A DNA stretch of 64,000 nt from an uncultured bacterium (lineage in GTDB: Bacteria > Krumholzibacteriota > Krumholzibacteriia > LZORAL124-64-63): NCBI GenBank assembly GCA_963727525.1, contig CAVSGO010000007.1, positions 128,001-192,000 of the forward strand, read 5' to 3'. Position 1 is the first letter of the stretch. Each line of letters opens with the position of its first letter. The notes beneath the pieces were generated by a model. It saw only the letters and a program-made list of their open reading frames with translations. It had not been told where the DNA came from and did no database searches. Position numbers and translations under genes: made by a program. Positions 61,969 to 64,000 of this stretch are shown one piece after another.

Positions 61969-63228
61969 TTACGCCTCTTTCTCGCGCCACACATCGATGA
62001 TCTGCAGGATGGTCTGCGCGCCCAGTTCCATGTCCTTCGCGCATACCCATTCGTGGTAGCCGTGGAACGATTGCTCGCCGGTGAACACGTTGGGCGTGGG
62101 CAGGCCCATCGCCGTGAGCGTGGCGCCGTCGGTACCGCCGCGGATCGAGCCCAGATGCGGCTCGATGCCCGTGCGCTTCACAGCCTCCATGCCATACGCG
62201 ATCGCACGCGGTTCCTTTTCGAGATCGTACTTCATGTTCCGGTAGTACTCCTTGATCTCGACCTTGCATGACGAGCCGGGCCACTTCGCGCACGCCGCTT
62301 CGGCATACTCGCGGATCTTCTTGGCCTTCACGGGGAGCTGGGCGATGTCGAAGTCACGGATCAGCAGGGTGACGTCGGTGGTCGACGTGTTGCCCTTGAC
62401 CGCGATGGGATGGATATAGCCCTCCTTGCCCTCCGTGGTCTCGGGAGCGCCCTCGCGCGGCAGGTCGGCGAGGAACGTGCCGGCGACCCTGATCGACGAG
62501 ACGAGCCGGCCCTTCGCGTAGCCGGGATGGATGTCGCGGCCGGTGAAGGTGACGATGGCGCTGTCGGCGCAGAACGTCTCGTTCTCGATCTCGCCTCGCG
62601 GGCCGCCGTCCATGGTGTAGGCCACCTTGGCACCGAATTTCTTGATGTCGAAGTGCTTGACGCCGGCGCCCACTTCCTCGTCGGGGGTGAAGCCGATCTT
62701 GATTGAGCCGTGCTTGAAATCGGGATTCTCGACGATGCGCGTGAGCGCTTCCATGATCTCGGCGATGCCGGCCTTGTCGTCGGCGCCGAGCAGGGTGGTG
62801 CCGTCGGCCGTGATGATCGTCTCACCCAGACACGTCTTCAGGTAGGGATTCTCGCTGATCTTGATGACGACGTCATTCTTCGGCAGCTTGATGTCCCCGC
62901 CCTGGTAGTTCTCGTGGAAGGTCGGCTGCACGTTCTCGCCACTGACTTCGGGGTACGTGTCCATGTGCGCGATGAAAGCGATCGTGGGCACCTTCTCGCA
63001 GCCCGCGGAGGCGGGCAGGGTGGCCGTGACGTAGCAATGATCGTCGACGGCGGCGTCCTTGAGGCCCAGGGCCTGCAGTTCCTTGACGAGGATGTGCGCG
63101 AGATCGAACTGGCGCGCGGTGGACGGGTAGGTGTCGCTTTCCTCGCTGCTGCTGGTGTGCACCTTGGCATAGGCCACGAAGCGATCGGTCAGGGACGGAA
63201 ACGAGGAGTCGGACTTCCGCTGGAGCAT
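61969..63228 (-). CDS. pepT: Peptidase T (M20B tripeptidase)
   Basis: AHMDT, LLGADDKAG, FTPDEEVG, HPGYAKG, IRGGTDG. Confidence 0.93.
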   Translation of the reverse strand: MLQRKSDSSFPSLTDRFVAYAKVHTSSSEESDTYPSTARQFDLAHILVKELQALGLKDAAVDDHCYVTATLPASAGCEKVPTIAFIAHMDTYPEVSGENVQPTFHENYQGGDIKLPKNDVVIKISENPYLKTCLGETIITADGTTLLGADDKAGIAEIMEALTRIVENPDFKHGSIKIGFTPDEEVGAGVKHFDIKKFGAKVAYTMDGGPRGEIENETFCADSAIVTFTGRDIHPGYAKGRLVSSIRVAGTFLADLPREGAPETTEGKEGYIHPIAVKGNTSTTDVTLLIRDFDIAQLPVKAKKIREYAEAACAKWPGSSCKVEIKEYYRNMKYDLEKEPRAIAYGMEAVKRTGIEPHLGSIRGGTDGATLTAMGLPTPNVFTGEQSFHGYHEWVCAKDMELGAQTILQIIDVWREKEA

Positions 63229-63481
63229 GCTGAGCCTCCGGCATTCGGGTGAGTGGATCGCGCCGGTGGGTGCCACGGCGTCGGGGACGGATGCATGGGG
63301 CCATGATACTCGGGCCGGAGCGTGGGGGCAAGCCGCGCCGGACGGGCGCGTACGAGGCGCCCCGTCTGCCAAGTCATGCTTGTCGCCGGTGGGGGCGTTT
63401 GTTAGGGTTGCCGGGTTCACACGTCAACAATGACCGGCCAAGTCGGTCGATTGTGTCCCCGTTCGTCCACCGGAGGTGTCC

Positions 63482-64000
63482 ATGGACGTCAGCGGCAACG
63501 CCAGGAACCTGCCCGACAACGCGTACCGCAAGCTCCATCCCGGCGAGCAATACGTGCCGGTGGTACCGGCCGAGCGGATCGTGCCGGAGCTGACTCCGTA
63601 CGCCCTGTTCTGGGGCCTGTTCTACGCCATCCTGTTCTCGGCGGCCTGTGCTTATCTCGGCCTGAAGATCGGACAGGTCTTCGAGGCGGCCATCCCGATC
63701 ACAATCCTCGCGATCGGCCTGAGCAGCGGCCTCAAGAAGAAGAACGCCTTGCAGCAGAACGTGTTGATCCAGTCGATCGGATCCGCCTCGGGTGTCGTGG
63801 TCGCCGGCGCGATCTTCACGGTGCCGGGGTTGTACATCCTGGGGCTCGACGCGCAAGCCGGCTTCTTCCGCATCTTCATGGCCTCGCTGCTGGGCGGTTT
63901 CCTGGGCATCCTCTTCCTGATCCCGTTCCGCCGGTACTTCGTCAAGGACATGCACGGCGAGTTCCCGTTTCCCGAAGCCACGGCGTCGACCGAGGTGCTC
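63482..64000 (+). CDS. OPT-family oligopeptide transporter, 3' partial
   Basis: GGAGG RBS; own translation gives LPDNAYR...YLGLKIGQVFEAAIPI...NVLIQSIGS...FPFPEATA. Confidence 0.85.
   Translation, partial: MDVSGNARNLPDNAYRKLHPGEQYVPVVPAERIVPELTPYALFWGLFYAILFSAACAYLGLKIGQVFEAAIPITILAIGLSSGLKKKNALQQNVLIQSIGSASGVVVAGAIFTVPGLYILGLDAQAGFFRIFMASLLGGFLGILFLIPFRRYFVKDMHGEFPFPEATASTEVL

Overview
GC-rich bacterial chromosomal window. Two secreted proteins with C-terminal FlgD-Ig/T9SS-like 'PNPFNP' domains suggest an FCB-group lineage such as Ca. Krumholzibacteriota or Latescibacterota (inference). It holds about 50 CDS, mostly housekeeping or metabolic: tilS-ftsH-folP-cdaA, ilvC, a MacAB/YknWXZ-like exporter, metH, metF, otsB, FNR, an M1 aminopeptidase, gmd, gltX, trxA, fumC, pepT and a partial OPT transporter. 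There are three tRNAs (CAT, Gln-CTG, Glu-CTC). Accessory elements are an IS1-like insertion sequence with 21-bp terminal inverted repeats and an apparently non-canonical third catalytic residue, and a stand-alone DUF222-like/HNH nuclease. The most unusual region is 7.1-15.2 kb. It runs from a GTDC1/QTMAN-like (DUF3524) glycosyltransferase, an LHPP-like HAD phosphatase and an esterase to an orphan degenerate chemoreceptor-like protein with a duplicated C-terminal peptide motif. A candidate sigma54 promoter then precedes an excisionase-like HTH protein and a STAS/pseudo-HD-GYP protein, followed by a highly structured intergenic region. trxA also appears to be sigma54-controlled by a divergent PAS enhancer-binding protein. 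No CRISPR array or rRNA was seen. All calls come from reading motifs by eye; no database searches were run.
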